From the human T2T-CHM13v2.0 reference genome, Homo sapiens: a stretch of DNA of 64,000 nucleotides. The stretch lies in NCBI RefSeq assembly GCF_009914755.1, contig NC_060934.1, one strand, 5' to 3'. Each line of letters opens with the position of its first letter. Position 1 is the first letter of the stretch. The notes below the pieces were generated by a model. The model did not search any database. It was not told where the DNA came from and saw only the letters and a program-made list of their open reading frames with translations. Positions 1 to 12,094 of this stretch are shown here, in pieces. Made by a program: the position numbers and the translations under genes.

Positions 1-427
1 AACTTGGACAGCTTCTATACAGTTCAAACTAGCTGAGACCACCAACCCTTCAATAGGCCCTGTGCAAATGCCTGAGAGTTGGGCTTTGACGTCATAGGGC
101 CAAAAACTCTACCCTCAGATCATGCTAGTGCTGCCATTTTCCACACATATGAAATGCCATGAACTCCAGCTATGCTTGTGCAGAACAAACCTGTTACTTC
201 ATTTTTTTGCCACTACCAATTACCTTTTCCCATGCCTTAAGCCACTCTACTTCTCTAGGCTATAAATATCCCTAAGCCTTATCTTCAGCTAGGTGGATTT
301 GGGAGCTGTTCGTCAACCTCCTCACCCAGTGCCGTTGACAATAAATCTTTTCTCTCTTGTAAATTCCATGTCACAGTGATTGATTTATTGCATGCAGGCA
401 GAATGGACCTGGACTTAGTCAGTAACA
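1..427 (+). mobile_element. 5' LTR (partial) of ERV1 provirus
   Basis: Homologous to 7830-8257 (e.g. ccactaccaattaccttttcccatgc in both); TATA-like tataaa ~261, aataaa ~340, ends ...agtaaca. Confidence 0.93.
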
Positions 428-430
428 ATA

Positions 431-448
431 CAGCAGTCTAGCCAGGAG
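431..448 (+). other. Degenerate primer-binding site, tRNA-Arg(ACG) type
   Basis: cagcagtctagccaggag, 3 nt after the LTR, vs TGGCGAGCCAGCCAGGAG (complement of the tRNA-Arg-ACG 3' end); the 3' half matches exactly. Confidence 0.65.
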
Positions 449-899
449 TTTTAGTCCATACCTTTTGCTGGTGGTTCAGTTGCCCTGTGCTGCTGCTGGA
501 ATCTTACAGGTACATTCAGGCAGCTGCTTGGGGCTATTTTTAAAGACATCTTCTCAGGATCCTCCAGCATTCACCACTGGCCTTTGGTGTATACTTCACA
601 TTTTTGCAACAGAGAAATAGTTTCTGGCCTGGAAGATGTCTTTTTGGGTAACTTTGATACAAGTGACTGGATTCTTATCTCTTTCCCTCTGGCTTGACTT
701 CTGAAAGGAAGCCCTAGTTTGACCTACGTTGTAAGGGTCCTGGTTTTGGGGACAACTTGATATTAGGGAAGGATTAGGGAATCTCCACTTGCAGAAGTTC
801 TCCTGGTTCTGTCTGGTTTCCGTTTTCTGAGATCTGGTTCTAGCTGCAGCATAGATAATATAAATATATTTTGACTGATCATGTTTAGAGTTTGAAACA

Positions 900-3050
900 A
901 TAGGAAATGCTAATTCTATCCCCACCTGCAGCCCATTAGGTTGTGTTCTCTAAAACTGGGCAACTTTCAGCTATGAATCCACGAGAAAAGAAAAGATGGT
1001 GTTTTTCTATAACACTGTGTGGCCACAGTGTCCTTTAGATTTCAGAGAGAAATGGCTAAAATGGGCTTCTCAATCATTAAGGAATGCCAGGTTTTCTGGG
1101 ACTCCAGCCGGCTACATATTATTGTTCATTCTAGCACACATTTTAAAACTGATGGCCTAATTACATCAAAGAAAATTCAGAGCTCAAATAGTTATTATTC
1201 AAAAACCTGTAACTAATGAATTAACATGTAGTCTTCTAAAGTTATCTGCGTATCTCCCTATTTTTTTCTGCCTATTTTGAATCTGCTGACTTTTCTACTG
1301 GTATTGTGATAAAGCTTACTGTTCATGCTGCTACTAAATCATGGTCACTTGGCTAAAAGATTTTAAAAAGATGAAAGAGGTCTTTTAAAATCAAACTGAC
1401 ATGGAAAGTGCATTTTTTTTAACCTACTGGGGCATATAAAGCATAGCCATGTGAACAGGTTCCAGTTTTGTCAGAAACATAAGTTGGATCCAACTGTCTT
1501 GTTTATGTATACATATGCATTATGTTATCTGTTGCATTTACATGGTAGCAAACTGGATTATAAATAAATACTCATAAATTAAATAAATAAGCCGAAATGA
1601 TTTTTAAGTTCATGTGACTTTAAAAATCTTTGGCAAATAAATAATTTTTAAATTATTGAAAAAAATGAAATAAAAACATCTTCAACATTTAGATACTTTA
1701 AGGTCATAAAGCTGTTGCTTCTATAATATTTTTTCTATTTGCTTAATATGTCTTTGGAAGAAAAATGAGATGAATTACTGTATGTTCACTCTTTTATGTT
1801 GCTATACCTGAATAAGCCTATATGAAAAACAAATTGTAAGATTATAGTTCAACAGGAAAGAGAGACAAAGAAACCTATTCTGTCTAATTCTAATGAAAAG
1901 GAGTACCCCCTTATAGTGGCATTGTCCCATCTCTACTTCCTGAGCCACAGTCCCAGATTTCAGCTCCCTCTGTCCCCAAAGGCCAGGAGATAAAATCGTG
2001 TCTCTTTCTCACACCCATCAGAGTACTCAATTTGTCAGGGGGCTACCCAAATCCATGTAGGGCAATACCCACTAAGACAAGTTCCTACTGGAGATATGGA
2101 CATGTCCACTGGACAGCCAGTGAGACTGACTTGAGTCTACTCTCTCATTTTTACATGGGATCTGTATAATTGGAAGAACAACATGCCTACTTGTAAGGAT
2201 GATCCCAAGAGAATAGAAAATCATTTTTCGTCAAATTTTGCCACTCATAATGTCACTAGAAATGATGCAGCAAATTTATTAAATACCTTTCTCACTGCTG
2301 AGGAATACTGTATGGATTTAGAAAAGGCTAGAGAAAAAGCCAATCACTTAGACCCCATAAAATTCTGTAAGGGCTGATGCAGCTGTGGCCATCCCCACAG
2401 CTGACTCTCATTGGAAAATACATGCAGGAGACAGCGTTAGACTTGAACATTCCTGAAATTGCACTTCAGCAGGGCTCCACAAAGGGGTCTCAAAAGAAAG
2501 GAGTCTAAATAAAGTATAGGAGGTAAAACATAAACTTCAAGAGGATGGTAAAACATAAACTTCAGAGTTTCTGGAAGGGATTTTTGAAGCATATAGGCAA
2601 TACACAGATATAGGCCTAGATGTCTCTGAAAAATTTACAATGGTTTGTATGACCCATGTCAGCCAAAGCACTCCAGACATTCAGAAGAAACTACAGAAAA
2701 CAGAGGTGTGCCAATGTCTCAACTGGTTGAGATTTTTCGCAAGGTTTCCAATGGCAGGGATGATGTCCAAGAAGAAAAGGGGCAACAGAAAATGAAACAA
2801 GCCACTCTGCTGGTGGCAGCACTGACCCATATCAAACCTGCAGTCCATAATCCAGGAAGACCTTGATTAAAGGTAAGGAGCCCCCATCCCAGAATACAGA
2901 CTCTAAAGGATACTGCACAGTGGGACCCCACCAATGTATCTACTGAAAACAAGAGGACCATTGGAAGAAAGAGTGCCCAGATTAAAATAAGACTCTTGAA
3001 GAAGATAGTGAGCAGGCAGTGCAACAAATGCCTAAGATCACCAGTGGTGA
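900..3050 (+). pseudogene. gag: ERV gag remnant (MA interrupted, CA, NC)
   Basis: (I)GNANSIPTCSPLGCVL*NW...VFFYNTVWPQCPL..EKW at 900-1055; EEK*DELLYVHSF ~1757; capsid ORF 2183-2377 (DDP..THN..LLNTFLTAEE); MHR-like EFLEGIFEAYRQYT ~2565-2606; zinc knuckle QCIY*KQEDHWKKECP ~2932-2979. Confidence 0.85.
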
Positions 3051-3099
3051 ACATAAAGATGAGGCCAAGGGCTTCCTTTCACCTTACTGATCCTGATGA

Positions 3100-3467
3100 T
3101 TTCCCACATCCCACATGGATCTCAGGGTGACCATGATGGTGGGAAATAGACTTCTGGATTTTCTGATTGACACTGGGGCTTCTGACTTAGTCCTAAACAT
3201 TCAACTTTTCAAGTTATCTGAGAAAACAATGCTATGCTGATGACAAGGGTCTCTGGAAAAACCTTGAAAAAGTTGTTTCTCCAACCCCCAGACTGCCAAA
3301 TGGGCAAATCACACCTAAAACAAAGTTTCCTATGTATGCCTCAATGCCCCATCCTGCTGCTGCAATGGGACCTACTAACCAAGCTGAATGCTAGTGACTT
3401 TTCCCCCCTCTGGATGGACGTGAAGGTACCACCAGAACAAGCATGTGCCCTTCAAGTGGCACTATAA
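3100..3467 (+). pseudogene. pro: ERV aspartic protease remnant
   Basis: RVTMMVGNRLLDFLIDTGASDLVLN (DTG at ~3168); FLCMPQCPILLLQWDLLTKL (degenerate GRDLL). Confidence 0.88.
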
Positions 3468-3469
3468 AA

Positions 3470-5600
3470 AAAAGTCAAGGGACCCCCCAACAAAGATCCT
3501 TGAAGAGATCTTAAAAAAGCTAAGGCTGGATTTATGGGAGGATGAGAGACCGGGACAGATAAAGAGATCAGCACCTATATCTGCTAAAGTTCCTACTGGT
3601 TGAGAGTTCCAAATTTGAGACAGTATCCACTAAAAGAACATGCTACACAAGGTATTCAATCTATCTGTAGCTGTGTTTCTTGAATATGACCTCATCTGCC
3701 CATGCCAGTCCCCATATAACACTCCAATTTTGCTGGTATGGAAGCCAGGCACACAGGAACATCTTTTTGTGCAGCACTTAAGAGACATTAACCAGATTGG
3801 AGAAGATATCCACCCAATGGTGCCTAACCCTTAAACTTTGCCACTGTGTCTGAAGACTTTGGTTGATTTACTGCTTTGAAACTTATGGATTATTTTTGGA
3901 CACCTGAGCCCCAGCTCACAGGAACTCTTCACTTTTGAATAAGAAGATCTCGAGACTAGGATCAAACAACAATATTGTTAGATTGTACTCCCTCAAGTTT
4001 TTAAAAACTCTTCCAACCCTTTTGGTGAAATCTTAGCCACAGAATTAAAGGATCTCCAATTAAAAGAAGGAGAACTTCTCTAGTATGTAGATGACATCTT
4101 GATTACCAGTAAGACTAAAGAAGCCTCAGACCAAAACATTTTAACCTTAAATTTCCTAGTTGAACAGGGCTATAAAATCTAAAAAAAAAAAAAAAAAAAA
4201 AAAAGGGCCCAGATTTCTGAACCTTTTAAATACCTAAGTTTTGAGTTGTCACAAGGACAGAGGAGCTTACTCCCTGAAAGGAAAGGGGCTGTAGCAGAGG
4301 TAGCAGTACCTGCCGCCAGGAGACAGTTGTATGGATTCCTAGCTATAGCAGAGTTTTGTCATATTTGGATCCTCAATTTTGGACTGACAGCCAAGCCCTT
4401 CTATGAAACTCTTTAAGTCTCCTGGACATTGGGAAGCCTTTTGATCTGTTTGTCCATGAAAGACAAAAGATTATTCTTGGAACATTAACCCAAAATCTAG
4501 GTAATATGAGAAAACCCATTGCCCATTTCTCAAAACAGCTAGACATAATGACTAAGAAACATCCTATATGGCTGCGTGCAGTAGCAGCCACCTGTAATTT
4601 ACTACATCAACCAGAAAAGTTTACCTTTGGCCAGCCCACCACCGTACACACTCCCCACTGTGTACTTCCTCCCTCTGTCAGAACAAAGAAGATATTGGCT
4701 TACTTCTAAGAGGCTAGGGAATTACCAAGAAATGTAATTAGGGAGTCCAAACAGGACCTCCACCAATAATAAAAGTGGGCCCAATACAGAGACACCATAC
4801 TCAGGGGAAACAGGCGGATTGACTTTTACCATGATGCTGAGATCCACCAGGAATGTCAGGTACTTATTAATATTTCTGGACATTTTTACTGTATGGATAG
4901 AGGCCTCTCCCTGGTGGTATGAAAAGGCTCCTGAGGATGTAAAAACTCTATTAAAAAAAATAAGTCCTCAGTTTGGGCTACCCATGTCTATCCAAAGCAA
5001 CCATGGCAGAGCCTTATAGCAAAAATAGCTCAAGAAACTTCTGGTACCTTAGACATTTGCTGGAAATTACACACTTCTTGGCGGCTACAATCTACTGGCA
5101 ATATAGAAAAGATGAATCATACTCTTTAAAAGACTTTGGATAAGATTTGTCAAGGGACTGATTTATCTTGGGATAAGGCCTTACCAGTTGCCCTGCTTCC
5201 AGAGAGAGTGGCCCCTAGAATCAAGTTCCAGTGGAGTCCCTATAAAATGTTATATGGGAGACCCTTCCTATGCTCAAAGGGTGGGAGGTACTGGGGTACC
5301 CGGAGGGAAGCCGAAAATAATTAGTTGCTGTCAGGTACGTACAATCATTGGGAATCACTTTAATTGCTATATATGAATTCATTTCTGGGAGGTAAAATGT
5401 TTCCCACAGATGTTGCTTTGTACCACCTCTGTCCTGGAGACTGGATTCTATTAAAGTCTTGGAAGAATAAACATCCAGAAGACCAGCTTTATTCTTATTA
5501 AACTGGCCTTATGAGGTACTACTGTTGACCCATTCTTCACAGTCAAGTTAAAAGGAGTAAAACCATGGGTCCATCATACACAAGTGAAGCTGGTCCCAGA
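3470..5600 (+). pseudogene. pol: ERV pol remnant (RT, connection, integrase core and C-terminus; RNase H missing)
   Basis: QYPL, CQSPYNTPILLVWKP, VLPQVFKNS (LPQG), LL*YVDDILI at ~4075-4104; integrase YLLIFLDIFTVWIEA, FGLPMSIQSNHG, WKLHTSWRLQSTGNIEKMNHTL, KPWVHHTQVK; many stops and frameshifts. Confidence 0.93.
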
Positions 5601-5799
5601 GTCATTAGATTCACTGTGCCCTCTTTACAGAAACGCCTCCGGGAATGGAAACCCTGTGACAGAGAAAAAAACTGCTGAGATTACCTGAATCTGCATCAGC
5701 AGTACACATCAGACACTGACTTTTCCAAATGGACCTGTGAACCTCTGACTGACCTCAAGCGAACTACTGTTTAAGAGACAGCTCCCTAAAGATAAGTAA

Positions 5800-7200
5800 T
5801 GAACAACTCTCGGGTTCTTGCTTTATTCTTTGGTTTACTTGTTTTTGTCTACTTCTTTACCTACCTGTGATTTGCTGTGTATTGCCTGAACGAAGGCTTT
5901 ATCCACTTCCTTGGCAAGCAGGGCTAATAGGCCCTTCCTTCAATCATACACATAATCACCTTCTACCTTTTCTGTTGTCCCTCCTTATTGACCTTTAGCC
6001 CCCAAGCTGGGAGAAACAACTCAATGACAAGGATTTCTAAGATGCTGGCAAAGGCAGATAATCTCTCTAAATGTCAGATATGTCACCCAAAGCCCTATTC
6101 TACACATGATCACAGTGATCCCATTATTCTGCCTGTTTACAATTTTTCCAATGTTCGCAACTTCACTCTTGACCATGCTAGGCCTCCTTGTGTCACTTAC
6201 TGAGTTCGGATTTATCAGTCTGTACCTTCATCCCCTATTCCTTATTTTTTCTTAACCACCCACATGTCCAAAGCTACCCTCTGCCATACCCCAGTGTGTC
6301 CAACTGTATTCAGCCAGTCCATGGATCATTCTCATGCCAGCTACTCAGCATGTCCAACTTAGAAAATGATGGGCTACATTGCTTAAGAGAACTCCACACC
6401 TTCTGTTACCCTGCCTCTTCAGGCTACCTTCTAATGCTCTGTAATGGACAAAATAAGACACTTTCCCCTTATAAACCTGTTTGGGCTTTGCTTCCTTGAA
6501 TGATCAGGACCCTCATTCCCTCTTGTACGCCCCTTTAAAATTATGCTTACAAAATACCACTTCAGTTTCCTATCTCGGCCCACAAGAATGGACACAGGCC
6601 CCTGACCTACAGAACATGTCCAAGATAGAACCTTGGTTTGACCTTATTTCTATGGTTAACCTACATAAATCCTTTCCAGATGACCACAACCTATCTGTCA
6701 TTTTGTGCCCCTCCCCCTAGAATGCCTATTTGTTCGTGGAGGACATCAAGGAACCCCATGGGTTTTGGAATATATCAAAAATTAGGGGACACATGTGTAC
6801 TGGGGTAGTTGATTACTCCTTTTTCTGTCCATAACTCCAGTGAGACCCAGTATTGGACTATATTTCTAAATTTGTTCTCCAGAATAAAAAGAACCATTTA
6901 CCTGCCTACATATAAAGAACATGGATGCTGATATATATTTGGTAGAATACTCTTCCCATAATGGGGAACTAGATCATGTGAACATATTATCAAAAACTCT
7001 AAGAATAATGGCAAATGAAACAACCTTATCCATTGCTACCCAACAAAAGGGATCTCTTTTTTTGTGTCCTTTTATAGAATATTTACTTGTATGCTTTCAA
7101 ATATTGTACTTAAACTGTTAAAGTACCAAAGTTCTGACAATGCAAAATGTTAAACTAAAACCAGAGACAGGAAAATATTTTCAAATGAGTGCCAGATAAC
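5800..7200 (+). pseudogene. env: ERV env remnant (SU, furin site, truncated TM)
   Basis: NLSKCQICHPKP (gamma-type CxxC), RIKR furin site ~6881-6892, heptad-like LSKTLRIMANETTLSIATQQK; no immunosuppressive domain or CX6CC seen. Confidence 0.75.
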
Positions 7201-7289
7201 TGCATTCCTTTAATCCAGATCTATGCCCCAATTCAGCAGGAAACAGCTAGAATGAATGTCACCTCAGATTCTTTAAGAATGAAGAATGG

Positions 7290-7585
<296 letters not shown>

Positions 7586-7615
7586 GAATGAGGAATGGGA
7601 AAAAATGAGGAGGGC

Positions 7616-8257
7616 TGAAACTGAGGGGTTAATTAGGTCAGGGCTGCCTGCACTGCTTGCTTTTAGTTGCTTGTTTTTTTGTTACATTTTTTTCCCTCCT
7701 TTTTCAATGAAGCTGAAAGCTGAAGTAGCTGAAGTCCTCACTGCAGAACACCGAAACTTAACCTTCACTGGCTACTTTATAGAGAGAATAGGTCATCCAT
7801 GGTAATAGTAGCTTCAGTTGTTTTTCAGAAACTTGGACCAGCTTCTGTTCACTTCAAACTGGTTGAAACCACGGACCCTTCAACTGGGCCTGTGCAAATG
7901 CCCAAGAGGTAGCATTTTGACATTAGAAAGCCAAAAACTCCACCCTCAGATTATGCCACTGTTGCCATTTTCTGTACCTATGACCTATGAAATGCCATGA
8001 ATGACATCCACACTTGTGCGGAATGAACCTGTAACTATATTTTTTTCCCCACTACCAATTACCTTTTCCCATGCATTATATTACCCAATTTTCCTAACTC
8101 ATTAACAACCCTAAGTCTTATCTTTGGATAGGCAGATTTGAGAGCTGTTTTGCTTTCTTGCTCAGTGCCTTTGTGAATAAATCTTTTCTTTTTTGCAAAA
8201 TCCATGTCACGATGATTGATTTACCGCGTGCGAGTGACCTAGACCTGGCCAATTACA
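7616..8257 (+). mobile_element. 3' LTR of ERV1 provirus (~640 bp)
   Basis: Starts tg right after the purine tract aaaaaatgaggagggc; ends ...aattaca; aataaa ~8177; homologous to 1-427. Confidence 0.92.
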
Positions 8258-8301
8258 GTAACATTAGATCATGAAAAAAGCCAAACCAAACCAAAACACA
8301 C

Positions 8302-8403
8302 AACAAAAAAACACACATTATCTCTATTGCAACAGCATATGTGTAAAGTTCAAACAAAAAAACACACATTATCCCTATTGCAACAGCATATGTGTAAAGT
8401 TCA
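8302..8403. repeat. 51-bp tandem duplication (2 copies, 1 mismatch)
   Basis: aacaaaaaaacacacattatc(t/c)ctattgcaacagcatatgtgtaaagttca x2. Confidence 0.97.
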
Positions 8404-8699
8404 ACACCCAAGGAACATAGTTAAAGAGAAATATCTCTTCTAAAGAAGTGACGTGGCTAATGGAGAGGTTTTGGTTCAAGAACCACAACCTCTTCAGTCT
8501 TTCCTTGCCTCAGTCAGTTTATCCGTGCAATATGAGGTAAACACTTTCATATGAGTCCCAGTGCAGTCTCTTTAAATTCTGGGTATGAACTGTTAAGAAT
8601 AATTAATATTGATTCTACACAGGTTTCATGCTACTTGTCATGTTTAGGGTACTTATATCCACTTAACCACGTATCCATTTATATCAATTTAATGTTCAC

Positions 8700-9010
8700 A
8701 AAATATCCTGGCAAATGAGATGGATGCAATTCCAATGAAAGACTTTAAGTAGAGGAGTGGCATGATATCACTGAAGATTAAAAGCAACATGTAATGCAGT
8801 GTGTTGATGATAGGGTCTGTGTGGATTGGGGTGGGAGCTGGCAAATGTGGCAACAGAGGAGTAAGTTAAGATATCAATACAACCCAACAGAAAAATAATG
8901 TTTCTTAGATCAGCATGCTGAAGTGGAAGTCATACAAAATTGTTGAGGGTTTGGAATTTTGATGCTTTGAAAACAGTGCTGACAAGGTCAGCTGATGGAT
9001 TAGCACATAT
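8700..9010 (-). mobile_element. Ancient L2 fragment
   Basis: Degenerate L2-like text ending gacaaggtcagctgatggattag. Confidence 0.55.
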
Positions 9011-9129
9011 CCTTGTAGAAAGTATCTCCTTTCTATGCCTCCTGGTAGCTGTGGGAGAATGTGAAGTTTGCAGGGTTGGAGCCAAATTGTCTTGCTTCAA
9101 GGCCAGGCGCCACCACTCTCTCTGTGGAA

Positions 9130-9260
9130 GCAAGGTACTTAGTATCTGCAGTATTCAGTTACCTCATATGTAAAATTCAAAAGACAATTCCCATATCATA
9201 GAGCTGTTGGTGAATCAAATACGATTATGTATAAACAAGTGCTTTAAGACTTTTTAAATA
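9130..9260 (+). mobile_element. MIR fragment
   Basis: cagttacctcatatgtaaaatt resembles the MIR core cagtttcctcatctgtaaaatg. Confidence 0.65.
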
Positions 9261-9279
9261 TGTAACAAATCATAGATAA

Positions 9280-9470
9280 TATTTATTAAGTGGTTAGCAT
9301 GCACCAGGCTGTATATAGGTGCTATACATAGATTAAATTCTCAAACTCTTTAAGAAAGTTTTGTAATTATCTCTTATTTTATTCACAAAGAAGGTAAGGC
9401 TTCAAGATTTTAATTAACTTGTCTAAAACCCTATAAATTATATATGGTGTAACTACGGACATGTAACAGT
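9280..9470 (-). mobile_element. MIR fragment
   Basis: atttattaagtg...attatctcttatttta...gaaggtaaggcttca...taacttgtctaa matches the MIR reverse strand. Confidence 0.6.
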
Positions 9471-10264
9471 GTGCTCATGGTGCACAGAGATAAAGAATCA
9501 ATGCCTTAAATATATTCTAGAGGTTTTCCTTTGCTATGAGGCTTACTTAAAAATTCTATGTGGCACACTCAATATTCTGAACTAAATGTAAACAGCTGTC
9601 AACAGAAGGTGAATAAACTGAGGGTTTCAGATCTTGGACAAACAAACCAATCAATAGGTTTACTTTTCTTTTTTTCCATCAGCACATAACAATGGAAAGC
9701 TTGCAAAAAATGGTAAGGAATAAATACTGGTAAATTTGGAATGTATAATTGTGTGTATACGTATATATGTATATATTATACATTTAGGTGTATGTATATA
9801 ATTACATATACATATGCTTGAATACCTAACCAAGTTAGGTATTTATGTGTTTATCTCAGCTGTGGCATTTATTCATAATTCATAGCATATTTTGTGTGCA
9901 AATATATCATATTTCACTAAACAATTATATTCATTTCAAGAAAAGTCACTTTGTTTTAATCTAAGGATAAACGTCTGCTTTCTTATAGCAAAGGTAATTA
10001 AAAGCTTTGCTTGAAACAAGTGTTTTCTTATTAATGGCTGTTATCTTACATTATGTGGGCTTTCTGATAGTGTTGAAAAATGGGAAAACATAGATAAAGG
10101 AGAGAAAAACGAAGTACCTCCAGACATCACAGAAACACTCATAACAAAAAATAAATACTAACAACAATAAAAAACCTCCAATATTTCTAGTGTAAAGAAA
10201 ATGGTGTGGTAAATTGAACAGAAATTACGATTTAATTATTTCTGGCATTAAAAGTATGAGGAAT

Positions 10265-10615
<351 letters not shown>

Positions 10616-11081
10616 TTATTTATAAACAATGTGAAACTGGAAATTGAGACCACGTTTTGGCATCTTATAATATGGACAATTGTAATAAGTGTATAAAAAT
10701 GGAAAGAAATACTTGCCTCTATATCCTATTTTACATTATGAGGGTAGATGCTATTGGAAGTACTCATTTGTACATTGATCTAACTGCCACCTAGCAAATA
10801 CCCACAGAGGAGTCAAATTATTGTTAGGTCCCTCATTGCCTGTTGACTCTTTAAGTGCAGTTCTGTCTGCTGCACACAAGTGCAGCCCTGAGCAGGATTA
10901 TTAACAAGAGCCCTCTCAGGCACCACGGAGTAAGAAAAACTGAGCGACAGAGGAATGCCTTCTCCCTCTCACCAAGTCCTCAGGGCAGTTAAAAGCCTCA
11001 GGCATGGCCAAAAAATAACACAGAGAAAGTATCAAAGCAACACTTATATGTCATGTTTTCTTGTTGAGTTTTTTTCTCCAA

Positions 11082-11234
11082 ATATATATATATGTGTGTG
11101 TGTATGTGTGTGGGTGGGGGAGGTGTGGGTGTTTGTGTATATATAGACATATATATACACACACATATATATGTGTGTGTATATATAAACATATATATAC
11201 ACACACATATATATGTGTGTGTGTGTGTGTATGT
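11082..11234. repeat. Compound (TA)/(CA)/(TG) microsatellite with internal palindromes
   Basis: Direct inspection; includes tatatatacacacacatatatatgtgtgtgtatatata. Confidence 0.95.
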
Positions 11235-11767
11235 TTTTTAATTGGGATATTTGTTAATACAAGCAGACTAACAGACGCAATTATCCTTGTTGACACATGA
11301 TATATGATATTTGTTACACGATTATTCCCTTTTCTCTCACAAATAAAAACTTAAAATGTTCTCAAATTTGCAATAAATATTATAATTAAGATGCATTACC
11401 TTTCTCTCCTGATTACTGCTGAGAAGATTAAAGGGCGTATAAAATACGAAACATTTTATTATCCAAAGTTCTGGGCATCCCATACATGTTGGAAATGATA
11501 AGGTATTTTTGCCTGACAAGCAAATAAGCACTAATTAAGAACAGAAATTTCAGCTATTTCAATGCAAGTAAAAGAGTAGGCTTCCTTGACAAGCAGAAAG
11601 AGACTATCTTCCACAGATAAACCCCTGAGAGTGCCTAATTTTGAATGTTAAGGACTAGAAATAAAGGTGGGCACTGGAGATAATATAAAGATTTTCAGAT
11701 GCCTCTGGCAACAGGATGTGGGGTACCAGCAGAGGTTCTCTTCTCAGCTTACCTTGACAAATACACT

Positions 11768-12090
11768 TGTAGTGGATTAACCCTTATGGTAGCCTCTATG
11801 ATCCTCACATCCATATGTCCACAACCTTGTGTGTTCTCTTCTTCCTGAGTGTGGTTGGATCCTGTGATATGCAAAGGTGAACAGATGTATGAGATTCTGT
11901 GTATGTGATTACATGATTGTGTTTCATAAGGTTGCAGCTCCCTCTCCCTCCCTTGCTGACAAGCAGCCATGTTAGGGAACTCCACTGGGCAAGGAACTAT
12001 AGATGGCTTCTAGGAGCTGAGGGTGACCTCCAGCTGACAGCTAGGGAAAAACGGAAGCTCTTAGACCTGCAAGTGTTAGGAGGCGAACAT
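11768..12090 (+). mobile_element. MLT1-type MaLR LTR, 3' part missing
   Basis: tgtagtggatt...gatcctcac...gagtgtggttggatcctgtga...ggcttctaggagctgagggtgacctccagctgacagc typical of MLT1E/F. Confidence 0.8.
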
Positions 12091-12094
12091 TGCC

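Noticed and set aside
10915-10935. REST/RE1-like site (gcaccacgga)
   Set aside because: Only the central 10 nt match; both flanks deviate from the RE1 consensus.
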